From: Azolla caroliniana
Taxonomy: Eukaryota; Plantae; Polypodiophyta
DNA length: 64,000 bases
Assembly: GCA_043228905.1 (NCBI GenBank)
Contig: JBHGNT010000014.1
Location: forward strand, 11,718,001 to 11,782,000
Direction of reading: 5' to 3'
In this document: piece after piece, positions 27,766 through 39,394 of the stretch
How the letters are laid out: every line of letters begins with the position of its first letter
Numbering within the stretch: position 1 is the stretch's first letter
Notes under the pieces: model-generated
The model's input: the letters and a program-made list of their open reading frames with translations, nothing else
The model's database searches: none
What the model was told of the DNA's origin: nothing
Position numbers and translations under genes: made by a program

Positions 27766-30700
27766 AGTCAGGAATAGTACTAAACAAAGAGAGAATTAGT
27801 ACTAGAGAAGAGAAGTACTATTAGTACTAAGAGGACAGGACTGCGTAAGATTCCCGAGAGAGGAAGAGAGAAGAGGAGAGAGAGAGAGAGAGAGAGATAG
27901 CGAGAATGAGAGAGAGAGAGAGAGATGATGACAACAACTAATATATTATGTGAAAGATAAGTACAAAGTGGCTAAGAGGCTTAAGACTGGCATTGAACCA
28001 ATTTGGTTCAAAACAATGCCTTGCGCCTCCTTTTATAATGTTTTTAGGAATAATCCTGAAGCTTCTAGAATGTTCCAAAGAGATCTAGAATATACATGAA
28101 TTTTCTATGATAAAGCATAAATGAAAATAATATCCTACAAATTACAATTCATAGTCTAATGGTAAGAGCTCGACCCATGTAGCATAAGGTCATCGGTTTG
28201 AGTCTTGCCATATCATGACACTATCTCCCCCTTAAAGACGACGAGTGGAACGAGTCGGCGCTGATTGCGGACCGGGTTTGTCTGGATACTTTCAGTGGAA
28301 ATAAGCAAGAAGATCTTGAGCATTGGCAACATGCTCGACGAGTTCCCAAGTACGTTCGCTCGGACTATAACCGAGCCAATCGACCAAATAATAAAGTTTG
28401 TTGCGAACAAGTTTGGAATCGAGGATGGCAGCAACTTCATACTCTGGGCCGACGTCCAACTCCGGCGGCGACGGTAGTGGTGTAACACGATCGGGAATGG
28501 TGTTTGCTTTATAAGGTTCAAGAAGAGAACAATGGAAAACTGGATGTATCTGAAGCTGCGGAGGGAGATCAAGGCGGAATGTGACATCATTAACCTTACC
28601 CGTAATACGGAAAGGACCAAGTCGTCGATAATCCAACTTGTCGCACGGTCAAGTAGTCTTGATGTGACGACGTAAGAGCCATACTCGATCTCCGATGGCA
28701 AAAGAGGAGGGAATCCAATGACGATCCGTGTAAGTCTTTTGTGTGTGTTGAGCATGACAAAGGTGAGTAGAGAGATCCATTTGGATCTTGCGTAGCCTCT
28801 CCAAATGATCCTCGGCACGAGGGTTGATCACCGACCAGCGAGGATGAAAACCGATATAAGCGAAAAATGGGGAGACACGAGTCGAGGAGTGAATAGCATT
28901 ATTATACGCAAACTCCGCAAAGTGGAGAATCTCAACCCAATCGTCTTGTTGATAACTCAGGAAACACCGGAGATATTGTTCTAGTGTTTGGTTTGTTCGT
29001 TCTGCCTGCCTGCCCATCAGTCTGGGGATGGTAGCCAGAGGAGAGGTTGCAAGAGACCTTGAGCATCTTGAAGAGATGTTGCCAAAATTTGGAGACGAAT
29101 TGAGGTCCTCGGTCACTGATGATACTGTCTGGGAGGCCGTGATGCCGAAATACCTCACACATGACGAGGACGGCGGTTTCCTCGCTAGTGATGGCCTTAG
29201 TACACAGCACAAAATGTGCCATCTTCGTATATCGATCGACGACGGTTAAGATAGCATCGAACCCCTTCAAGACCGGCAGATCGGTGATAAAATCAAGACA
29301 AATAGATTGCCACGGCTTACTTGGAATCGGTAAGGGTTCCAACAAGCCATATGGATGGTGTCGTGGCATCTTTGCTCGACAACAAGCATCACAGGTCCAA
29401 ACGTAGTCGTCGACAAAACGGCACATGTGGGGCCACCAAAAAGATCGTTGCACTAGATCCAACGTCTTAGTACTACCGAAATGTCCCGTCGTATGGGTGT
29501 CGTGACAATTCTAGACGATTTGAAGGCGACAAGAGCAATCGGGGACATATACGCACTTTTTAAAGAATAACAAACCATCATGATATTTGAATTGTCGGTA
29601 GTCAATACCTGGTTGTTGAGACTGAGAACAGGATGCCTGAGAAGTATCAATGTGCGCCAAGATGTCTTGAGCAAAACTATTCGTCTTCAAGTTTGCACGT
29701 ATGTCATCGGTAATCCGTGAATCCATGGGGGTGTGAAAAACCCACATTGTGTGCAATCGTGTTGGTCCCAAGATTACTTGCTTTTGATTATCAAATGTTG
29801 GATCACCAGGACGAGGTGCAAGATATGAATGTCATGATAGTGCATCTGCTTTTCCTTGCTGCTTCCCCGGTCGATATGTGATTTTGAAGTCGAAACGCGT
29901 GAGGAATTGAGCTCACCGAGCTTGCCGTCGATTTAGTACGCGAGCATCCTAGAAATAAGCAAGATTTTTATGATCACTAAAGACAATGACCTGATGTGGA
30001 GAGCCCTCTAAGAAATGCCGCCATTGCACAAATGAATCCACAATGGCTAATAACTCCTTGTCATGTATTTCGTAGTTGATTTCCGCGAGTGGAAAGCCAC
30101 GAGATGTAACTCTTCTTTATCTCCTTGTTGAGAAAGGATGCTACCGAGGGAGAAATCTGATGCGTCGGCCTCCATGATGAATGGTTTGCTTGTATCCACA
30201 TGAGCTAGAATCGGTGCTGATGTAAAGGCTTTCTTAAGATGCCGAAAAGCCATATCTGCTTCATTGGACCAAAGAAATGGTTGTCCTTTCTTCGTAAGTT
30301 GTGTGTGAGGTAAAATAATCTTCGAGTAATCCTATATAAACTTACCGTAGAAGTTAGCAAAACCTAGAAAACATTGTACATCTCATACCGACTGTGGAAT
30401 TTGCCACTCTAGTACAATTTGGACTTTAGCTGATCCATGGCGATGCCCTTTGAGGAGATGACGTAGCCTAGAAATTCCACTTGCTTGCAATCAAAGCTAC
30501 ATTTTTCTAGCTTGGCATAAAGACCATTCTCGCGGAGTCGCTTTAGTACTAATAGTACATCAGAATCGTGCTCTTCCTGGGTCTTCGAATAAATCAATAG
30601 ATCATCCAGATAGATAATCAAACAAATATCCAAGAGGTCTCTGAATATATCATTTGCCATGTGTTGGAAGACTGCGGGTGCATTGGTTAGGCCGAACGGC

Positions 30701-33310
30701 ATAACAGTATACTCGAAATGCCCATACCGCGTGCGAAAGGCGGTCTTCCATTCATCTCCCGGTCGGATCCGCACGAGGTTATACGCTCCTCATAGATCGA
30801 TTTTGGTAAAAAACTTGGCACCATTAACTCGATCTAAAAGACTGGATATAAGAGGAAGTGCATACCTATTCCATATGGTGACCTTATTCAATCCGCGGTA
30901 ATCAACGATGAGACCAAGTGAGCCATCTTTCTTCTTGACAAAGAAGATGGGTGCACCGGCCGGAGATTTCGAATGACGGATGAACCCACTTGCCAAGTTC
31001 TCCTCTATGTAGCCTCGAAGGACTTCTAACTTGGTGGGTGACAAGTTGTAAATTGGTCCCCATGGTGGCTCGGTTCCTGGTTGTAAATCGATGGGACAAT
31101 CATAGGGACGGTGATGAGGAAGGGCACCGGCTTTTACCTTGTAAAATACATCGGCATAAGGATGATATTTTGCCGGAAGTTGTACTGAGGATTCCTTCTT
31201 AATAGTGCTGGAAGGATGTACTGATATTGCAAATAGGAACATTGCCTCCTTGTGTCCTTCTTCGCGTAATTGATGGAGTGAAATGGTCGAAACTCGATGA
31301 GTAGATTCTTGGGGTTGTCGATATCGGACTTCTCTTGTTCTCCAATCTATGGCTGGATTATGTAATTCAAACCAAGGTAATCCTAGGACAATGGGATGCT
31401 CTGGACTACTAATTATATTAAATGATAATACACACACAAAACTACATAGGACAACTTGAATGGGTTCTGATTCTTCTACAATATTCCCAGAAGCAATGGG
31501 AAGACCATCAATGAATACTACAGATGTGGGACAAGGAAGTTTTCTTAAGGATATCTAACTTTCTTGGAAGGAATGGAACCACTAATGGGTTGTACAGATC
31601 TAGGGTTGTTGTCCAACCAAACGACTCCTATTTTAGCTAGACTCAATCGTTTAACTCTTCATCTAATTGACTAAGGATTTCAAATTTGTTTGAGATACTT
31701 GGGCTATTAGTACTATGAATACTATCAGACACTCTATTTGTACTATTAATATTATCAGACACTCCGAAGGGAAGAATTGACTCGGGTTTAGTACAGGCGA
31801 TGATTTGATTTACCTGTCTTCTTGGCCTATGGGGACAATTGATGGCGATATGCCCTGGTCCACCGCAATAAAGACATAATCGATTGGCACGTCGTCGTTG
31901 CTTTTCTTCTTCCGATAACGGGCCACATCGATGCACGGTGTCAATCTCCATCGGTGTCAAAATATTTGCTTGAGGTACGTCGCGTGTGAACGCTTTAGCC
32001 GCGACTAAGGCGTATGTGGGCTCTGGTCGAGAGTGTGGTAGTTGTAACTGACGTTCCGAATGTCGTTCGAAAAGGCGGATGTCGCATCGGACCGCTCGAC
32101 TGATTGCCTCTGTAAGAGACTTTGGTTCTTCGGGGAAGGTTAAAAGCAAATCTTTGACATCGTTGCGCAAGCTGTAGCGAAATTGCTCCATGAGGGCCTA
32201 ATCATCCCAAGGGATATCTGAGGCGAGTAGACGGAAATCCGCTGTGTAGGCAGAGGTTGGACGATCGCCTTGACGCAATCTTCAGATTTTGTTGATCGTC
32301 GTCCTGATGTTGTCGTTATCTCCAAAGCAGGCTTTAAACTCACTAATAAAATCTTCAAAGTTATTACGCAAGGGCGATTGTTTTTCTTGAAGCGAAGCGA
32401 ACCATGCCAAGGCTGAGCCGCTAAGTAACATGCCTATTAGGCCGACTCGAGATGCATCAGTGGGATATCAGGAAGGATGCATCTAAATGACTAAGCATAC
32501 CTGATTAAGGAATCCCCGGAATTGCGATCGCATTCCATCAAATTTCACAGGAAGTCCAATCTTGGGATCTTTATGAAATCCTTGGGGACTTGATCCTTGT
32601 TGTTGCAACGCTGCTTCGAGTTGTTGTACCCGTAATGCTAACTCCCCATGTTGTTGTTGTGTTTGTTGTTTTTCTAAAGCGATTTGTTGCAGATCCCCTA
32701 TCAACCGTTGGTTTTCTTGTTCCAGGGCAACAAAATTTTCTTTTAGACACTATAGCTCAGAGAAAATTGATTGATATTCTCCGGCGCTAACAATAGCCAT
32801 AGTTCAGAAAAAGGATAGGAGGAGGGAAAATGACAAGTAGACTTGAGGGAGAAATTGGTTCAAACTGTCAAGAATAGTACTAAACAGAGAGAGAATTAGT
32901 ACTAGAGAAGAGAAGTACTATTAGTACTAAGAGGACGGGACTGCGTAAGATTCCCAAGAGAGGAAGAGAGAAGAGGAGAGAGAGAGAGATAGCGAGAATG
33001 AGAGAGAGAGAGAGATGATGACAACAACTAATATATTATGTGAAAGATAAGTACAAAGTGGCTAAGAGGCTTAAGACTAGCATTGAACCAATTTGGTTCA
33101 AAACAATGCCTTGTGCCTCCTTTTATAATGTTTTTAGGAATAATCCTGAAGCTTCTAGAATGTTCCAGAGAGATCTGGAATATACATGAATTTTCTATGA
33201 TAAAGCATAAATGAAAATAATATCCTACAAATTACAATTCATAGTCTAATGGTAAGAGCTCAACCCATGTAGCATAAGGTCATGGGTTCGAGTCTTGCCA
33301 TATCATGACA
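27766..33310 (-). mobile_element. Gypsy-B, chromovirus related to Gypsy-A
   Basis: TSD CGAGC (27761-27765/33311-33315); LTRs 27766-28220 and 32866-33310; PPT rc at 28221-28233; gag CLYCGGPGHIAINC, RT, RH, IN and chromodomain (ORF 28292-28636). Confidence 0.95.
33236..33305 (+). promoter_or_regulatory. tRNA-derived A/B-box cassette at the U3 end of the Gypsy-B 5' LTR, antisense to the element; second copy at ~28146-28215
   Basis: A box TAGTCTAATGG at 33242-33252; B box GGTTCGAGTC at 33285-33294. Confidence 0.7.
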
Positions 33311-36300
33311 CGAGCTCACTAGTCTCATCTTCCGGAGTTGGAGTCGGTAAGGAGTACCATGATGTTGTCTCATCAAACTCGACATCTCAGCTTACTCGAA
33401 CCTGCTTAGTCCGGGGGTTATAGCACTTATACCGCTTTTGCTCATGCGAGTAACCGACTAGAATGCACTTCTCCGACTTCGGATCCAGCTTCCTCCACTT
33501 CTCATCCAGTACATGCAGATATGCTATGCTACCGAAAATCCAAAGGTGTCTCAAATTCGGCTTTCACCCGAAATATAGCTCATGTGCTAACACCTTGTCA
33601 CCGATCCGGTTTTGGATGTAGATGGTCGTCTGGACTGCCTCAACCTAGTAGAAATGGGGCATGCTCTTCTCCTCCAGCATTGCCCTTGCTACGACAACAA
33701 TCGACCGGTTCTTCCTTTCAGCCACACCGTTTTGCTCCGGTGTGTACCTGCAGCTGAATTCTCTCCGAATTCCATTCTGCTGCAGATAATTGTTGAATTG
33801 GTCGGAAAAGTATTCTTTCCCGCCATCTGATCGCAGGCACTTGATCTTCCTCTCCGTTTCCCGTTCCACCAAGCTTTGAAGGTTCCAGAAACACTCGAAG
33901 ACTTCGCTCTTCCTCTCGATGAGGTAGATCCACGTGTGCCAGTTGTACTCGTCAATGAAGGAGACGAAATACCGACTCCCGTCAAGACTAACTTTTTGTG
34001 ATGGTCCCCATACATCCGAATGGATTAAATCGATCTTGTTATGGCTCCGGTTTCGATCGGTGGGGAATGGAAGCCTGTGTTGCTTCCCAAGTTGGCAGGC
34101 TTCACAAATTTCGGCCTTCCGGCCGCTAAATTTCGGCAAACCGAAAACAGCTTGTTTCGATTGCAGGTCTTGAAGCCTCCGATAATTGACGTAGCCGATC
34201 CGCTTGTGCCATAGGTCAATGTCCGATTCGACCTTCTGCCCTTTCGCAAACATAGCGGTGCCGACACCATTAGTGTTGAGGATGATCCCCCCGTCTCTGC
34301 GCCCTTGCGCAATTATCCAGCCCTCTTCCTCGATGAAGCACCCTAGGTGCGTAAACCGCACCTGCATCCCCTGGTCGACGATTTGTCCAACTGACACTAG
34401 GTTCTTTGTGATAGTCAGAACATGTAGTACGTTCATTAGCTTCCCCTTTTGTCCGACATGGCTTAAAGGAACTTCTCCGACATGCACAATCGGGTGAGGG
34501 GTGTCGTCTCTGGTTTCGACAATCCCCAGTTGTTCTGGTTTCTCCAAAAAAGAGAACCACTCTTCATGGCTCGTCATGTGGTTGGACGCTCCGAAATCAA
34601 TGTACCATACTTCCTTCGATCCAAAAGTAGTCTTCTTCATCGAGTTAGCCTTGTGCTTCATCACGAAGGCGGGCCCTTTACCGGTTTTCCTGGTTCCGGA
34701 TCCTTCCGATCCTTCCGCGTAGTGCGAGCTTTGCCGGTTCTCCCGACCGGTTTTGCCGGATCCAGATTTGTCCAAATCGGCGCGCTTCTTCCAACACTCA
34801 CTTTCCCTATGGCCCTTTTTGCCACAGTACCAGCATTCCGTGTCGCCCTTTACTTGTCGGTTCCTGGCGCCACTTTGACTCCCCCTGCTTGTGGAGGGTT
34901 CGGAACTGTTGTCGGCACAACGTCTGTGCCTCTGGTCCTGCTCTTGTCGGCCGCCTCCATTGCGTGCCGACCCACCTCGTCCACCACGTCCATAGGGCCG
35001 ATTTGTCTCTGTGTACAGCATCCGGTCGTCCGATTGAGTGGTCCTTGACCCACTCGCGTGGTTTTCTTCAACCATCAACATCGATTGCAAGTCGAAGAAG
35101 GACGGTGGTTTCTCCCGGGTGCATATCGTTGTCCGGATTGGCCCGTACCTTTGCGCTAGACCATCGAGGTAGATTTGTACCATTTCTTCTTCGTCCACCA
35201 TCACGTTGATGGACCCGAGTGTGTCGCAAATCTCCTTTATCTTGGTGGTGTAGTCTGTAACGGACATGTCTCTTTGCCGGATGTTGTTCAGCTCTTGCCG
35301 GAGCTGCAACTTACGAGTTGTGGTACTTGCGGCGAAAATCTTCCGTAGATTTTTCTAGGCCTCCTTTGGCGTCTTTGCATCCTTGATGTAGCTGAGCATT
35401 TGATCGTGCACACCGAACGCGAGACAGTACAGTACCCGACTTGCTCCTTGCTCCCATACTGGGAAGTCTTTGTGTGACAGCTCCGATGATACTTCATTTG
35501 TTCCTTCCACGAAGCTCCAATATCCATGCCCCAGCATGTACTAGTGCATTTTATATGACCAGGACGCGTAGTTGCTCCGGTCGAGCTTCTCTGTTGGAAG
35601 TGAACTCGCCATTTCTTTGTCCATATCTTCTCTCTGTCTGTTGTTGTCGGGTTCTAAGGTTCGTCTATGAAAGCAAGCGTCGGCTACAGAGGTTCTCAAC
35701 CTTCGCGCTCTAATACCATGTGAATGTTAATGTGCGGAAGCGTCAGACAAAACTGGCTCAGCCGGATAGCAACAGAAAATGAGATGAAGGTTTAATGGAA
35801 AAGCTTCAAAAAACACAGAGGAGACACAAAGAGCAAAACATAAAACTATATTCAAAAATTAACTCTAAAACACTGTGTATACAACGTGCTAAACATCACT
35901 ATTTATACAAGTCCATAAAGGACTGACAAAAGTACTGACATGTACTTCAATGGTCACAAGTGTGACTGACACTAACTAAGAGACAATGATTACCTAGTAG
36001 TCTAGGCTACTACTAGGCTTCCGGTTCCCGCTCGAATCCGGCTCCCCGATCCGGCCGGTTGTTTCCAAATACCAATCCGGCTCATCCTTCCGGATGCCGA
36101 TCCATCTCAGGCTTATTCAGTCGATCCGGATCCGGTTGAGCTTGCTCGCTCAACAAGAGGCAACGACCTCGAGTTCTCCTTCGTCTGACAGACGGCTACA
36201 GAGTTACACTCTCACTCTCTCACTCACGGTTACAAAGGCAACTACCTCATTCTGACTTTTCAATAATGATCGACTACACATTACTAAGGTTTGCCCTAGT

Positions 36301-36645
36301 TGCTTATAAACAAAAGCAACTTTTTGGGTAATTACAAGTATAGCCCACAAGGGGCATTTTAGACTATTTACAATTATAGTCTTCCAAAACGATTTCGGTT
36401 TTCAATTTTGGTTTTCGGTTTCGGCCTCAGCCTCAGCCGAGATACTCACCAACACGGTATTTCTCTTCCCATCCGGAGGGACATGTTTCCCAACACTTCG
36501 GTCAGATGGAGACAAGGAATACTTCTCCAATGCATTCGCAACATACCTTCGACAAGAAGGAATCAGACGAGAATTTTCATGTCGACATACACAACAAAAC
36601 GGAGTGGTCGAACACAAAAATTGGCACATCCTCGAAGTAGCACAG

Positions 36646-37722
36646 TGTTGTAGGTTTTAGGGTTAGGGTTAGTGATAATGGTGATAAAGATAGGAATAGG
36701 GTTAGCGATGATGATGATAATGAAGATGAAAATGGTGATTGTAATGATGATGAAGATTATGAGTGGGGTTGACAGTGATAGAGATGTTGATCATTGTGGG
36801 GTTGATAGTGTGATTGATAAACAACGCGGGGTGGGGAGTGGGGCCTAGAATGGCTCCACCCCCATCCCAAGGGGGTTCAACATGAGAGAGGGAGAGAGAA
36901 GAGAAAAGGTGTCAAAGAGAGGGAGATAGATTAAGAGAAGACTTATTTATGTTTCATTCATTCCCCATAAGGGGGTTAAATAGTTACAAGAGGGGTAGAT
37001 ATATAGGGGTGCAAGCGCCCTTGGCCATTCACACTAATCACTCACTCACAACTCTTCTTATCTGTCCACATGCACACACATGTGTGCATGCGTTCACATA
37101 CGTATCTACTCACACTCACAATTAAAATTACACTCATAATTGTATACATTACACATACATACAACAACATTAAGTTTCTTCACCCTCACTCAATTCTGAA
37201 CTCTCCGTACATCTCGTACAGTAACAACCACTTCGGCTCGAGGGGTACACAGATGCCGACTGGGCCGGCCATAAGGCCGATAAACGATCGACCTCTGAAT
37301 TTGTTCTCTCCCTCGACAACGGAGTAATATCTTGGAGTAACAAGAAGCAGTCGATTGTTGCACTTTCGAGCACAGAGGCCGAATACAAGGGTGCAGTTGT
37401 GGCTGCATGTGAAGTCGTCTAACTAAAAAGAATCTTGAAGGATCTGGGTGTTCCCATCAAGGATCCTAGTCCCCTTTATTGCGACAACATGAGAAGTATT
37501 CATTTGGCTTGGAACCCGTTGTTGTGATGGTCGCCTCCACCCAGAACCTCATCTAGCATATCATTCCTTTACTACTCACTTAGTGAGAGAAAAGTACTCT
37601 ACTTCCCTCTAAGGGGGAATCCTAGGCGCATTCCCACCAACCCATAATGGGTGGAGAGATTAAAAGAAAAGAAATGAAATGAAAAAGGTTGGTTCTATTC
37701 CCTAACCCTTAAACCTACAACA
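36646..37722. mobile_element. Solo-LTR-like insert with 23-bp terminal inverted repeats containing telomere-type motifs
   Basis: Ends TGTTGTAGGTTTTAGGGTTAGGG / rc TGTTGTAGGTTTAAGGGTTAGGG; TSD CACAG/CACGG; interrupts the Copia-3 integrase. Confidence 0.8.
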
Positions 37723-38180
37723 CACGGGCCATGATGAACGAAAAGAATCTATCAATGTCATATTGGGCCGAAGCAGAAAATATTGTCGTCTACCTCATGA
37801 ACTGGTGTACAACATCTGAGGTGCACGATGTAACCCCTTATGAGAAATACTATGGAAAGAAGTCGGATTTATCCCATGTAAGGATACTGGATATTCGGCT
37901 CTATTGTATATGTCCCGACGAAAGGCGGCAAAAGCTAGATCCCAAGTCAGAGAAGTGTATCCTCGTAGGGTACTCATTGGAGCAAAAGGGGTACAAATGC
38001 TTCAACCCCTCTACTTCGAAGGTTTGTGTGAGTTGAGATGTAGTCTTTGATGTCGGTGTCATGGTATGAACCTAAGCTGACTCCTCCCAAACTATTTCCG
38101 ATCGACCGTGATGACATAGAGGACAATGATCAGCTAAGGTCAATACCCGAGGAGAGTCTAATCTCAACCAGATTGAGCGA

Positions 38181-39394
38181 TGTCGTGAAGATTTTCGGCA
38201 ACGGTGTGAAATTTGCATGGAATGTACAAAATCGAGTGTGGTTCTTCACACACAATATGAAATAATAATAATGAAAATATTATTTTATATCTTGGTACGA
38301 AAAGATGGAGTCTTCAAGAGCTTCCGAATGCATTTTACTACATGTGAAATGGACAACTTAGTGTCAAGTTATGTGAGTGTGAAGTTTGAGAAGAAGAAGA
38401 GAAAAACAAAATTGTGAGATATCCCACATAGATAGGACAAATCAGGATCCCACAATATATAACCAGAGCCAGAACTTATTACTTTCTGTCTATGAGTGGA
38501 GCATAGAATGTTCTTGGGCTAAATTGTGGCTTAATTACTTGTAATGATCATTTTGGTGACCGAACGGCGACGGAACCGGACGGCGACGGCGACTGAACCG
38601 AGACCAACACCAACACCGAATAGACCAGATCATCGAGTCGAATGCGGGCCGGATAGACGGATCGATCGGATAGGTTGATCGCGACAATTTCGGTGTGAAA
38701 CAAACAAAATATCTAGACTAAAAAACCTAGTAAAAGTTTGTATACAAAGGGATGCAAGCAAGGCTTGAACCTTGCACCTCCAAGATAGGAGGCAATAGAC
38801 TTACCAATAAGTTAAGTCATTTCCTTAAAATTGTTTTTTCTATCATTATACTTTTACATGTAAATTCTCATATTAGAGCTTGATTGAGTGACATGGTTAT
38901 CATGCATCACATGTAATGCATGAGCGCCAAATGGTAAACAGGCATCACATGCATTCCATGCATTGTATGCATGTCTTGTACCCTCACATGCATCACATGT
39001 AATGCATGAGCGCCAAATGGTAAACAGGCATCACATGCATTCCATGCATTGTATGCATGTCTTGTACCCTCACATGCATCACATGCATGGGGGCGTCTAT
39101 AAAAGAGTGGTTGAAAAAGATCAAAGGGGGGCGAGGTATGAATCAAGAAATTAAGAAAAAGAAAATTTGTTATCCCATTTGGTGATGTATTAAGAGTTCA
39201 ATCTTAATCTCTCTCTCAATTTCAATCTTCCTCAATTTGTTTCAAAATTGGAATCTTTATCTCAATGTCTCTCTCTCTTTCAATCTATCTTAAATACTTT
39301 CTCGCTAAAGCTAGTGCAAACTTTGAATCCTTCCGGTCCAGAACCCCGCGGTTCCGCCTCATGATCTGCACTTAGTGACAGATTTTTCACGACA
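38181..39394 (+). mobile_element. Solo LTR (~1.2 kb) with a 4-bp TSD
   Basis: TGTCGTGAA..TTCACGACA ends; GCGA duplicated on both sides; TATAAAA at 39098; removing it restores the Copia-3 frame (RLSEPQEPP). Confidence 0.82.
38901..39088. repeat. 86-bp tandem repeat (~2.2 copies) rich in CATGCA
   Basis: CATGCATCAC recurs at 38901, 38987 and 39073. Confidence 0.9.

Larger units (their letters stand above)
25181..36155 (-). mobile_element. Copia-5, near full-length Ty1/Copia of the same family as Copia-1/7, containing Gypsy-B
   Basis: LTRs 25181-25605 and 35719-36155; TSD AGAGG; iMet PBS at 35706-35718; gag-PR-IN ORF 33645-35309; RT at 26697-27131. Confidence 0.95.
24973..36495 (-). mobile_element. 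Solo LTR (~540 bp; 24973-25180 plus 36161-36495) related to Copia-4 LTRs, split by Copia-5
   Basis: TGTT..CAACA ends; TSD CTTCA/CTTCG; shares TTACGTGGAAAACCC..AAAACCACGGG and GGCAACGACCTCGAG with the Copia-4 LTRs. Confidence 0.85.

Noticed and set aside
36655-36672. True telomere or interstitial telomeric array
   Set aside because: Only 2-3 units, forming part of an element's inverted termini
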